DNA of 64,000 nt from Chrysomallon squamiferum (Eukaryota; Animalia; Mollusca). Positions 28,135 to 41,729 of the stretch are shown here, in pieces; position 1 is the first letter of the stretch, and each line of letters begins with the position of its first letter. The stretch covers positions 2,356,001 to 2,420,000 of the forward strand of contig CM022667.1 of NCBI GenBank assembly GCA_012295275.1, in the 5' to 3' direction. A model generated the notes under the pieces. That model was given only the letters and a program-made list of their open reading frames with translations, searched no databases and was not told the DNA's origin. A program made the translations under genes and the position numbers.

Positions 28135-30709
28135 TTAAAAGGAACTGGAAGTTTGCTTTATTGTTTCACTAAAGCATGTGAACATAAATTCTGAACACAA
28201 ACATTTTGTTTCTCCAAATTTTGAAAATCAGAATTAAATCTGTTTATTATTATTGATCTTCTTTTTATTTGTATTTGGTACAACGGTCTTCAGTTAAAGA
28301 GTAACTCATCCAGAAAGTTTCTTTGTTATGAGCTTTAATATTTATGTTTATTTAATACCTATTATTTCACTTTATTCTTTCCATTCTTTCTGAAACAACA
28401 ATAAAAACAAGAACAAAAATCCATTATTGTGAGTTTCTGTCACTTCGTGAACAAGTCTTCTATTATTTGTTTTGTTGATTCCCATTGCCTTCGGCTATTG
28501 TTTGCTTTTCAGTGTGACATCTGGTTTTTCAAATCCATACATAATCTTCTTTATTTAGTGTTTACACACAGACGTATTATTTTACTTACAGTTAGTTGTA
28601 TGAAGTGTGTGTGTATCTTTGTTTACTGAACATTATTTTGTTGTTAAGTACCTTGTTTTATTTATTTATTTATTTATTTATTTATATGATTATTATTTTT
28701 TTTTTGTTTTGTTTATTTACTTGTATATGTTATTGTAAAGTGTATTTTTTTTTTTTTTTTTTTTTTTATTTGCTTTAGTACTGAATCAGCTGTTTTACTG
28801 GAGATAGTTACAGTCTAATTCTTCTGTTATTTTAACATTTGTGGCTTCAAATGGCCAAAAATAAAGAAAAATAGATAAAAAAATTATCTGTATGTTTTAT
28901 ATTGTTGCCAATCATGTTGGCTACAATTATAAATTTTAATTTTATTTCAGTAGTGTAAGTTCCACAGGGTCAAATGTAAAGGTCAAGGTTATGAAGATTT
29001 AATTATAGGTTATTGTAAAAAAAAATATTCATCCAAAATCGAGTAATAGCAAAATCTGAGGATTAAAGATGATACTTGATTGAAATTAGCAGCACAGAGT
29101 GAGGTATATGTTAAAAGATTCTTAATAGTAATGCATATCACTGTTCTTTTTTGGAGGGTTGGAAAAGATATTAAGCTGAACGTCCTTAAATATTTTATAT
29201 AAACAAAATAATATGATTGATAAAACAGTGGTTATGAACAAAGTCAATGTTTATTTAGCTCAGTAGGAGAATGATCCCATGTGCATTTTGTTTTTTAGGC
29301 CAGTACATTTAACCATCAAACTGGTCATGCTCAGTAGGATGTATCCATTTTGTTTTGTATCCAGCGCAATGAAATTTTATACCTGTATCATACAAAAACA
29401 TAAGCTGACAGTAATCCAGTCCATAGTTCATATTGTAAGACAACACCTGCATTTATGAGGTGGTCTTATTTAACAATTTTTTTTTTTGTCATCATGTAAT
29501 TAAGATCTACTTAAGTACCAGTATTATAATTTATATTTTTAGAATGGTCTTTGGCAGGTATATATAACTATCTTATCTACTCAAGTAGAGCCACTTTAAT
29601 GTATAGGTATTATAAAACATAATGGCATGTGTCAGATATTATAATTACTGTATATACTCTGGTATTAATATTGTAATTTACAGTATCAGAAAATAGGTGA
29701 CGTTTTATAATAATTATGTTTCAGATATTATAATTATCTATCTGCTCAGGTATTAATATTGTTATTTATAAGTATTTGAAAAATGTTTATTTTTTATTTT
29801 TTTTAAGTTATTTGTCAAAAAAACAAAACCTATTGTGATGTTTTCAAGTAACTGATACTCTAATTTGTGTAAAAAAAAAATTTTTTTTTTTTGTAATTGC
29901 AACTTAATTCTAGTTTAAATTATTTTATTTAAAACACAATAGGCATTGGTTACTGAATATTTTACTTATTAATTCAATTAGTATGAATTAAATTCTTAAG
30001 ATGTTTTATTTTTATTTTATTATTCTTGGTAGAGGCTAAATAAATTATTATCCTAAACCATCAAACAACAACAAAAAATTTCATTTTATATATTAATTAT
30101 GATTACATAAATAATATTCTGCTACTTTCATCAGGTTTTTTTTTTGTGTGTTTGTGTAAATAAACAAAATGTTAGAACCCTTAAGTAAAAAATTTGCCAT
30201 CTTGGTTTACTAACAAGTTTGTAAAAGCAGTAAATGAAGAGTTGATATTAAATGTTATTAATATATTCATTTACTGGTAATGACGTTATTATCTGAGAGC
30301 CAGATTCACAAAAGACATCTTAAAAAATTGAAATATTGAATATACGTGTGGAACAAGAAGATAATAATTTAGTAAAGAAATATATCAGAGGAAAAATGGC
30401 AGCATCCATCAGACTGCAAGATAACAATATTTTATTGTTTTTTATTTTTATTTTATTAGTATAGATTGTCTGCCAGGCATAAATGTAACAATAAAGTGGA
30501 AGTACAGACAATGTATTTTAATAATTTTGTTGTTCTTTAGGAATTTCTTAACAGTAACTAAGATGTCCATGTCTTAGGTATTTCATAACATTAATTAATT
30601 AATAGGTAATACCCATAAAGGCATGGATATACTAATAGCCTTTTTTTACACTGATATAATTTTCAAGTTGTCATACAATGTAACATTGATTTTTTTTTTT
30701 CTGTTTTAG

Positions 30710-30771
30710 GGAGGAACACCGGTTTGGGAGGATTTTACTTACAAGGCAACAAAATTGCATTCCTCTCTCAA
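30710..30771 (+). CDS. MTSS1: MTSS1-like exon 2 (GGTPVWEDFTYKATKLHSSL-K)
   Basis: Poly-T ctgttttag| acceptor, AA|gtaagt donor, 62 nt. Matches human GSYPVWEDFINKAGKLQSQLR. Confidence 0.95.
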
Positions 30772-31776
30772 GTAAGTTAAAAAAAACATCAACAATAAGA
30801 CTTGTAGATGACATAGCCAAAACCCCCCAAAAAAAAACAATTATGTATGTGTATAGAATTTAACTTACAACTCAAATATTCTCTAGACTCATACACAAAC
30901 ATACACATGTCTACATCTAGATATATATATATATATGGGATGTGTGTGTGTGCGGGGGGTGAATAAAATGTATGTATGTTCACACACACACACACACACA
31001 CACACAGATATGCACCAGTCTGTTGTAATATTAAGGTAAATATTAAGGTTTATTTACGATCTCACATTTTGGTTTTTATATTCTAAAATCAGTTTGAAAA
31101 CAAAACATAACAGTTCAGTTCAATATAATGGTGTCATGGCAGCCAAATAGCCACTGACTTTTCAAAGAATTGTTGAAAAAAATCTAATTCTCAGTAAACT
31201 TGTTCTGGAAAAAATTTCAAAAAAAAATACCAGCATTAAATGGTCCAGTATGTTTTCAACATAATATATACCTAGGACCCATTTTTTTTACCGACACCTT
31301 TTGATAAAGGTAACGATACTTGGGATAAAATTACACACAGAGAGTTCACCTGTCAGGTATCTTTAAGCTTACCTGTATAATCTTATCTATATATTATTAG
31401 GTTGATGTTCCTGAAATAAAAGTTAAAACTGGGTCAGGTGATAACTGGGTACACATTAAAAGATCGATTGCCTGTCATTTGTTCCACCACTCCTTCACAA
31501 ATCTAGTTAGCTTCATTATGTAGAAAAATTTATATTTACACGTAATAACCTTATTAAATTTGAAACTTTTAGTTCACATACAAATGCACAAATAAGGTAA
31601 TATAAATTGGACTTAGTGGGTATAAAGTTAAAGTAATACAATATGTAAACCATATGAAACTTATGACTAGTCCTAATAACTGTTTTTGTATGTGTTACTT
31701 CAGTTTGAAACACAAATACTAATAGGTCATTGTGATATGAATTAGTATTAAAATTTAGTTGAAAGATTTAATAAAT

Positions 31777-31842
<66 letters not shown>

Positions 31843-32629
31843 TGTGGATCATTAAGTCCATCCAAGTTAACTAACAATGGATTCTAACTGATTTGCTGAG
31901 TCATTAGAAACTCATTATTACAACTCTTTAATTATTCACCAGGTAATGATTATTATCTTATAACACATAATTATTCAAATCAACTTCAAAGGAGATGATT
32001 ATTCAATCTGTTAAATTGCTTCAAAGTAAATGATTATATCATTCCTTCTGTTAATTCTTGGACGATCGTTATTCAGTCCCTTCAAAAGATGATTTATTGA
32101 ACTCTTTGAACATTCTTGAAGTTGATGGTTTTACACCTTATTTAAAAATATTATTTTTGCAGCATTCAGTTAGGTTACATAATAGTTAATCAATTATATA
32201 TTACCTATAGAATAAATAGTTAAATACTACCATAGAGATATTCTTTTATTTTACCACTGCATATCCTGTAATTAGTCCATCATTTATTAATTTACTTACT
32301 GTATCATAATAATTCATAATCTCCCTGCATAACAGATATATATAAAGGTCATGCAGATGATTTGATTATAGTTATTTATCATTAATTATTTTTTCTCTCC
32401 CTACTACACATCCCATGATTGATCCCTCATCATTTATTAACTTACTAGTTAATCATTATTTTTATTTTTAATTATAATATTCAAAATATTCAAATTATTA
32501 TATTTTTTCTACTCTACTTCATCATATTATCATCCAGCCATTCCATTATCATACAATCTCAACAGCTCAGTGAAAACAAATGTTGCCCATATTTTGTTTC
32601 TGTGAAACGTTTGTCCTGTGTACACACAC

Positions 32630-33434
32630 ATCTCTGTAGAAAGTTACTGATAGAGTATGAAAACAGAGTATTAATGATGACAACCACTTTTCTCTTGTTA
32701 TGGCTGTCATCAGTATATAACCATTACAAAATGCTGAAGTATCATTCTACTCATTCATTTATTGACAGAATAGTGTAATAAAATCTCACTTCAGAAAGTT
32801 ACTGATAATGGTGTATACATTCAGAATGATGATGATAGCAGCTACTTTCCACTTATTACATAAGAAGATGTTTCACTGATAACTAATAATAATTAAACTA
32901 GTTCATTTATTAACATAATAATTTGATCTTTTCTCACTTCAGAAAGGTACTGATATATTATATAAAGACAGTGTGATGATAGCAGATACTTTTTTCTCTT
33001 ATTATATAAGAAAATATTTCATTGATAACTAATAATGATTAAACTACATGTCGACAGAATAATTTGATCTTTTCTCACTTCAGAAATGGACTGATATATT
33101 ATATAACTTAGAGGGTATCATTATGGCATTGGCAGATATTTTCCTTGCATTATATAAGAAAATATTTCATTGACAACTAGTAACCATTATAAAATGTTGA
33201 GGTATCATTAAACTTGTTTGTGTATTGTTATAAAATCTAATGTCATCATTTTTCACTTCAGAAGGATACTAATAGTTTATAAAAAAACAGAATAATAGTG
33301 GCAGCTACTTTTCTCTTATCATTATAATATATATATATATATATTTCATTGACAGCTAATATCAGTTATAACATTTTGAAATATCATTGACACTGTTATA
33401 CAGAATAATGTGACTGTTTCTCATTTTGTTTCAG
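32630..33434 (+). repeat. Degenerate tandem array, 5 units of 141-178 bp, ending at the exon 3 acceptor
   Basis: Unit ends (tc)acttcag fall at 32794, 32942, 33083 and 33261; the last unit ends at the true acceptor 33434. Internal blocks cttttctctt, atatttcattga.a.cta and cagaataat recur. Confidence 0.85.
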
Positions 33435-33508
33435 GACCACTTTGATTGCTATTAGTGCATTCCTGGATGCATTTCAGAAGATTGCTGATCTGGCGACTGG
33501 TTCCAGAG
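33435..33508 (+). CDS. MTSS1: MTSS1-like exon 3 (TTLIAISAFLDAFQKIADLATGSR-G)
   Basis: ttttgtttcag| acceptor, AGAG|gtaagt donor, 74 nt, phases compatible. Contains the conserved IMD motif AFLDAFQK(I/V)AD. Confidence 0.96.
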
Positions 33509-34052
33509 GTAAGTGATACAGTACTTCATTAATGAGAGCATCTTCCTGAGGAAAATTACTTTACCATAATGGTTGCATCATTTCATACCTTTTAGAAATG
33601 GTTACGTCATTAAGGGAATATTTGTTCTACGGAAAATCACATTACATAATGTACAGTACCGTGACTTTTCTAAAATTGTTTTGTCTGCAGTGGAGATCTA
33701 TTAACTAAAACAAAGTTTTTTTATTTAAATTTTTTTTATTTTTTTGTGTGTGTGTTTTTTACATTTTTTGAGAAAATGAAAAATGAAACATGATTATCGT
33801 AAGCATGCATGCATACACACACAGAGACAGACAGACAGACAGAGAGATTTGGATGACTGGCCACCTGGTACAGACAGACAGATAAAAATATATGTTTACT
33901 GTTGCACTTTGTCACATACACATATGTAACATTTGATTGTGATAGATGAACGTGTTTACAAGTTCTAGAATTTCAGTTTTGTTGAGAGCACAGAAAAAAA
34001 CAGAAAAAACAAACAAGCGTCTCTCATTAAAATACTTGTTAATTTGAAAGCA

Positions 34053-34085
<33 letters not shown>

Positions 34086-37000
34086 TATCATCCTATTCTT
34101 TTATACTTTCTATGTCAAACACCAGCATTCAACTTTTTTTTTTTTTTAATTAAAAAAGTAATTAATAGAAATCTATCGACAGCTCTGTATCATAAAACAG
34201 AACAAACAAGACTCAAAATTACTGTTGAATCCTGTATTCCATTTTCTAGTATTGATGTTTCCTGCAGTGGAAAGTTAAAACCTCTGCTTGGATTTCGTCA
34301 GGTTTCATTTTCACTGTAAATTAATTACTTTGCTCACTGTAGAGAATGTTGTTTAAAAATTCCTTTCCAGCAATATAGCACAAACAAAGGACTTAAAAAT
34401 TTAAAAATAATAAAAAGGAAAAAAATGATGATGGTGACATTATGTCTGAAAGAAAAAAAAAATAATAATAATAATTAGTTAACATGTAGTTAAAATTTCA
34501 ATAATTTCTGTCGAATTAGTTGCAGGTTTCAAAAAAAAAAAAAATGTTTATTATTTTGGAATTTTTTTAAAAACATTTTTTTGAAGTATTATTTGAAATT
34601 AGACAACTGACATTCCCATTACCATCACAGAAAAAAACCCACCCCAAAACCTCACCTATTCTCAATACCATTATAATCACATTCTGCAAACTGGTATTGT
34701 CAGAGATAGGCCAAAAAAAAAGAAAGAAGAAAAATTATTAGAAGTAAAAATAATAAAATTATTTTGATATTTGAATTCTTATGCGGCTCATTTACTTCGG
34801 AAATGAATTATTTTGCAATGCTTTTGAACATTTCCTTTCGACCATGTTTGTGCAGCATCGTATAGAAAAAGAGAGTAATTGTCTACAAGATGCATTGCCA
34901 GCTTTAAAAGGCTTATGTTCCAATCTTTGCTCAGCTAAAACAGATTCCTTAGAAGAAGCATAATCAAATATGGTTCGATCCCTCAGGCTTCATTTGGCGT
35001 TGAACTTGCCAGAGTTGAAGTGCAGCCTTTGGAAAATCTTAATGTGAAGAGATGTGTTTCTTTTTACATACCAGCAGATCTGGGAATGTTCACTTTTAAT
35101 TTAAATTTAAAAAAAAAAAAAAAAAATAAAATAAAAAATAAGACAACTTCATGTTTTTTTTTTTTTTTATACTGTTGATGTTAGTTGTCACTTTTCTTGT
35201 AATATTTGAAATTGAGATTTATTTTGAATGTTTGTGTTTTTAAATTTTAATTATTGTTTTGTGTTTGTAATTATTTTTAATCTTTAATACTGAACTCAGG
35301 GATGGAAAGTATTAAAACTATGGCAAAAGCTTAAGAATTATAACCTTGTTTTTTAAAATATAATGATAATTTGCTAGATGTTCTTTTGGCTGTTTTAACT
35401 CTTATAAAGAGACCCTTTTAAGATTTACAAGATTACTGAGCAGATAGTCACTAGACAAATTTACAAGATTATTTAGCATTTCTACAAGTCACTAGTCAAA
35501 TGCACGTGACTAGCTTAGTCACTAATGAAAGTTTCAGGATTACTTAAGTCACTATTAAAATTCATTACAGCATTATTTAGTAATCCCATCTAATAAGTAA
35601 GTCAAATTTACAAGGTTACTTAGTACTTCTAATAATGTTACTTAAGGCGGTGAAAAATGTACACGCAGTCACATTATTAATAACATGGGGAATTGGCTGC
35701 CACCGTGGCTGCTTTAATCATACAGAGTGGGCCTGTCGGTCCATTCCAGATGTCCAATCAATAACCAGTGGCCATCTTTATGATGCAGAATTCACATCGG
35801 GCGTTACACATGGCCATGACTGATCAAGTCATAAAATCAGCCAGAAGCCAAGAGTTATGTAATAAACCTAGTGTCATGTTTTGTTACCATGCCAGAGGAT
35901 TTCTAATATTCACACCGAGATTGTTTGTGACATTTAATATATAAAATAACTTCAGATTAAAAAAAAAAAAAAAAAAAAAAACAACATAAAAAAAATAAAT
36001 AAAAATGAAATAAAAATAAAAGGCTGATGTTAATATTTGGTGTTATTATCTTGAAACAAAGTGGAAGATGTTGTGTTTAACGTTTTGTTAGATTTGTTGG
36101 CCGTAAAGAGAAATTTGAATTATAAAATTTAAATTACAAACAATACAGTTGCTGTTCTTACAAAATTTAAAAAAAACACCAAGAAACTGATTCATTATGT
36201 CTATCTTTCAGTGCTTGCATTTTTCAGTTTTTGTTATGTCTGCTTGGAGCATGATTATTTCAGGAGCATTCCTTCACTGCACAAAGCTAGCCCTGTTAAC
36301 ATTGTTTCCCCTTTTTCTTGGGTTGCTTAGCAACAGCGTATAATCCTAAGATGGCCATCAGTATCGTAAAAGTTATCAGTAGTTTGTCATTAAGTAGTTT
36401 CGGTTATTTTAAACTTGGGTAAACATTTACTGTATAATGGCTCACTGTTTGAAGAGGTTTAAAATTAGAATTTTTCAACAGTTTCCTTTGTTTTGTTTCA
36501 ATCAGTTGTTTTTAAGTTGTATCTGTGTTTTTGAAGAAGAAAACACTGAACGATTGTTTTATATTTTGTTTTGAGTTTTCTGACATGGTCATATTTTGTA
36601 TTATTGGTTGAAAAAAGTATAAAAGTGTTATTTTTGAATATAATAATGGAAAACTGTTTTAAATAAAGAAAACTGTGTATATGTATGTGTACATGTGAAT
36701 GTTTATTGCCATGCATAGTTCATTAGTTTGAGGAGGATTTGTGTATGTGTGTGTGTGTGTGTGCACATGTGCATGTGTGTGTTTTTGAGATTGTCATAAT
36801 GAATTAATCTTTAAAAAAAACAAAAACATTTGATATTTTATCTAATAAGAGTAATAACTTGACATAAATAGTTTGGTTTCAACCAAATTAATAACAATAA
36901 ATTTTATTTTTAATTAATAATTATCTCAAGAAAATATTTTATTATTTAATTATTTTTGTTATATTTTATTATTATTAAAATTATTATTTTTTAATATATA

Positions 37001-37749
37001 TTCTGTTGCCATACAGTAACAATCTAGTCTGCAGATACACACAGCATAAATACACTCTTTTTGATTAGTAGCATGCAGTAAATTCTTAATTGCATTTTTT
37101 CTCAACAGGACGTGGTCTGTTTTAATTATCGGGCATGGAAAAAGTTCGGGTCATAACAAAGACTGATATATTAAAATTTTATGTTCATTATAAATAAAGC
37201 CTGGACATGACAGTTAACATTTTTAGAAAAGTCGGTTGCTATAGCAGAAACTTGGTTGGTAGCTAAGCTATAGTAGTGTGGTGATCTGGTATTTGATTTC
37301 GGAACGTTTCAAATAACCTATCCGATACTGACAGTTTATAATTTATCACTTTTTTGGTGTGGTCTTTGGTTATTTATCTATTTCATAGTAACAGAATAAT
37401 ATACTAGCAGCACAGCTGGTTGGTACCATCTGTTTAGGAAATGTTAATATTTTTATATATATATATGTATGTATGTATGTATGTATTTGTTATCAAAATT
37501 TATTATCAGTTATAAAAGTCCTTGTAAGTAAAATGATATACGTTTGTTGTTAATCAGATATGACACAGCCAGAAGCAAAAGCAGGAAAGCACATAATTAT
37601 ATATTGGTAAATGAATTTGTGACTGTTTTAATTATGAATTTGTAATAATATAGAATTCTATACTGATTATTAGGCAATCAAAGAAACAGCTAGAAGATGT
37701 ATATTACATTGTTTTAAATGATATCTTAATCTTAAATATAACAAAATGT

Positions 37750-37788
<39 letters not shown>

Positions 37789-38799
37789 TCAACCAGTTTT
37801 GTTTTGCTAGTTTTTGGAATGGATTTTGAATAAATGGTAGGTTCTTTTTATGCTACTTACCATATTAAAAACAAATAAGGAGAGGACGTTGAATGAATTG
37901 CATTCTCATTTTGTCTTATTTACAACATTTAAATCCGAAACATTTACGTATAATTATTGTAGCCCTATTAAATTAAGCATATGTTTGGCAAAAAAATACA
38001 TATTTCTGATATGGATTTTTTTTTTTTTTTTCTGAAATTTAAAGGTTTTTATTAATATTTTCTGATGCCAGATAATTTAATAGATGTTCCTCCTGTGGGG
38101 ATCTCTTGGTTATCAGCTATCTTTAACAATATTTAAAAATGTTATCTCATGATGTCTCCAGTCTCAGCACATTTCAGCAAACTGGAAAACCATGTTCGGT
38201 GTATTTGCCAAGTATTTCAGACAGTTATCTCACAGCTGTTTTATCAGCAAGGGTTGAAGAGTGGCACTATTTTTCAAAAAAAAAAATTTTTTTAAATGCC
38301 ATATGTATGTATGTATGTATGTATGTGTATGTGTGTGTTTTGTGCAGTGTTTATGAGGTATGCGGTTTTGGAAAGAGGCAGGATAATTTTAAAAGATTTA
38401 TGGCCATGTTCTTCAAGGATGAAAAATTCAAATTTATAGTCACGTTCTTGTTACTAATGTGAAATTTGTATAACGTGTGGAGAGAGAGAGAGAGAGAGAA
38501 GGAGGGAAGAATCCAGAAATGGGCATTCTTGCAGTCAGATAACCTAACAGTTATGAATTCCTGGAGCAGTAGAACATTTGGTTTATTATTTATTACAGAC
38601 TCTGCTTTCTGAAGTTTTTTGCTTTCCTGTTTTTTAATTCAGGACTGAATGTTGTTAAAATCTGTTTATTCCAATTATGGGAATAATAAATAAAACGAAT
38701 GCTGATCCCAAAACACTACCACATGCATGAACATGAATGAGCACAAACACCAGGAAATAAACAAGCAAGGACACACACACTCAGACAGGCTTCTCTCTC

Positions 38800-38850
<51 letters not shown>

Positions 38851-40366
38851 GTCCTGATCACAGACACTACTTAAAACAATCTCTAGATAATTGTCAGTTA
38901 GATGATCCTGGTTGAAAGCATGCTTCAAACTGAACCGGTAAATCGATAAGGAAAACAAATACAAGCTGCAACCAACATGTTACAGTGATTATTTGTGTAA
39001 ATAACTATTACCTATACACAGTAAGATCATTAGTATGTATTTATGCCCTGTGTTGACTTTGGTGAGTGATGCATGGTCTCATCTTAAAACAAAAACAAAC
39101 CAAAAAAACCCCACATTTACTTGGTAAATGGTTTTAGATAAGTAATGATTACAGAAGTGGAATTAATTCCAAGATGATTAAATATTTTATTTAAATGATA
39201 AAATATATATAATAATAAATAGCATGAGTGGATTAATGAATAACAGTTGCAGTTTTTGAAGGTGATCTTTGTTTTTCAATTATAAAAAAAAAAAATGAGA
39301 AAGAAAAGAAAATAGTGATACGAAGAACAGGACAGTAATGACTAGAAATGTTATTTGTTGAATTTATTTATTAAAATATTTGGTATATGTCCTCACAATT
39401 ATTTTACATTTAATTTCATAACATAAAATAATAAAACTGATTATAATACAATAAAGTAATGGAGTGCAGTGTTTGAATAAAAGGTACTGGTAAAAACACC
39501 CCTGTAATGCAGTCACAGATCTGGCCATGATTAGTTTTTGTCATTGGTGTTTGGAAGTTGTTATTTTAATCATGAGTTTGGGCAGTTCTGATAAAAGCAG
39601 ACCATAAATTTGATTATTTGATAAAATATAGTTTTACCTCTTGGTTCTGTTTCTGAAGTTAAAGCTCATAAAATCTGTATAGAAATTATTCATGGTATAA
39701 AATATTTGAAGAATCTTTGTCAGTGATTCCAGAATCTTTTTGGTGAATACGTCTTCTTAAGAAAACAATGATTCAGTTTAAGCTGTTGGGGGTTTTTTGT
39801 GGGTCTTTTTCATTTTTTTTTTTATCATTTTCTTTTTGTTTAATAAACAGAAGAAAGAAAAGCACCATGATAAATTCCACTTGGACTGGTTATCACCAGG
39901 ATTTTCAAATTAGTTTTAGGACATTCATTGTTCCATGATAAGGCTGATTGATGGCATAGATGTTTTTTTGTTGGCGGTTGTTTTTTTTATAAATAAAAGT
40001 ACTCTTACATATTACATAGTCTGGATTTTATAACAGGCTGTCAGAAAACATTAAACAGATATGTTTTTGTATTTCATGGCCAATGCGTTCTGACGCAATG
40101 CGTGAGTAATTATGTTTTGCACAAATGGTCATTAGAACACATTATCTGGAAAGAAGAGGTAAAAAACAGATAGCAGTTTTGTTTTCTGCAGACACTCAGT
40201 CTGAAACCAGTGCAACTTTTTATCAACATCGCACAATGTCTGATTATAACTTTGTCTGGGTTCAATTGTTTGTTTTGGCAGTTTACTTTGCGAGTTAATG
40301 GATTCGGAAATACTTGTACATAATAAGTTAGTTGTTTGAAACTCATTTCAAGACCTTTTTTGTTAT

Positions 40367-40585
40367 CTTTCTCTCTCTCATTTGAAGATTTTTACATTTT
40401 CTTTTTCTCTCTCATTTGAAGATTTTTACCTTTTCTTTTTCTCTCTCATTTGAAGATTTTTACATTTTCTTTTGGCTTCTCATTTGAAATTTTTTTACAT
40501 TTTCTTTCTGTCTCTCATCTGAAGACTTTTATGTAATCTTTCTCCATCATTTGAAGAATTCTACATTATCTCTTTCTCATTTGAC
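40367..40585. repeat. Minisatellite, ~6 units of ~35 bp
   Basis: tctctctcatttgaagatttttacattttcttt repeated. Confidence 0.9.
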
Positions 40586-41304
40586 AGCTTGGGTTATCTT
40601 TAGCCATCTCTTTTTACTTATTTTCTTTCATTCCTTTTCTCTTGTTTCTGTTTTTCTTCTTCTTCACGGTTTTATCTTCTCTTGTATGTGTTGTATTTCT
40701 GTTAAAATTAAAAGTAAAGGTTTTGAATGTGTGTTTGTCAAAAATAAACTGATAAAACCCAGTACCGGCTCTCTGTCAATGTATCAGTCCATCTCACTTT
40801 AGTAGTTAAAATTCTTTATTATATTAATTTTTTTTAATTATTATAATTTTTAAATTATTTTTTTTATGCTTTTTCTCTTATTTTTGTTCAGTATCTTTTA
40901 TCTGTTCTGTTTATGCTTTAATATTTTATCATTCTTTTTTTTTTACCAGTATGAAAACCTGGCTGTGTAGAGAAGATGATTATTTCGCTGTAAATAGCAG
41001 CATCTAGTAAAATAAAGTGATTGTACGGCTAGGTAAATGACTGCCTAATGACTCCATGTACAAAAGGAACAAAATCTCCTATTGTGTGTTTTGAAGATAA
41101 CACAGATCTGAATACTTCACACTACAAATTATGCTGCATTTATTAGAAACTGAAAGGTCAGAGTAACATGATCTATACAAATTGGGGAGTACTTTGTGGC
41201 AGGGTGATTTGACATGGCTTGAAATGTGTTTGAATTTGAGATAGGTGTAATAATCATTTAACCTTTTTAGTTCAGGAAATATGAAGTACTGTAAAGTAGT
41301 GGTT

Positions 41305-41355
<51 letters not shown>

Positions 41356-41729
41356 ACTGTATCTGAGAGAGAGCAAGAGAGAGACATATAGAGGGACAGA
41401 GAGAGAGAGAGAGAGCACTGCGTCTGCTGATTGCAGATATTATTTTTTCATTATGTTCACATTAATTCTTATTTTCTTAGTGACTGTTATTGAGTCATAG
41501 CCATGCATATCTTTAAATAAGAAAAAAAAAAAAAGAGAATGTTTTGGGTGTGTTCAGAAATTTCTTAAATAAACATTTCTTCCTTTTACACTCGCATATA
41601 TTGAAACTAGAAATAAATTTAAATTTTTTTTTTTTTTTTTTAAATTTTACAAAAAAATATTTTGATTCAACAAATATCACAGCTGACTCAGTTGCGGTTT
41701 TCTCCAAAGCATTAAGACGTAATTATAGG

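Noticed and set aside
34925-34985. tRNA-like B-box (ggttcgatccc); also an A-box-like tagctcagtagg near 29256
   Set aside because: No cloverleaf or properly paired A/B boxes; at most SINE debris.
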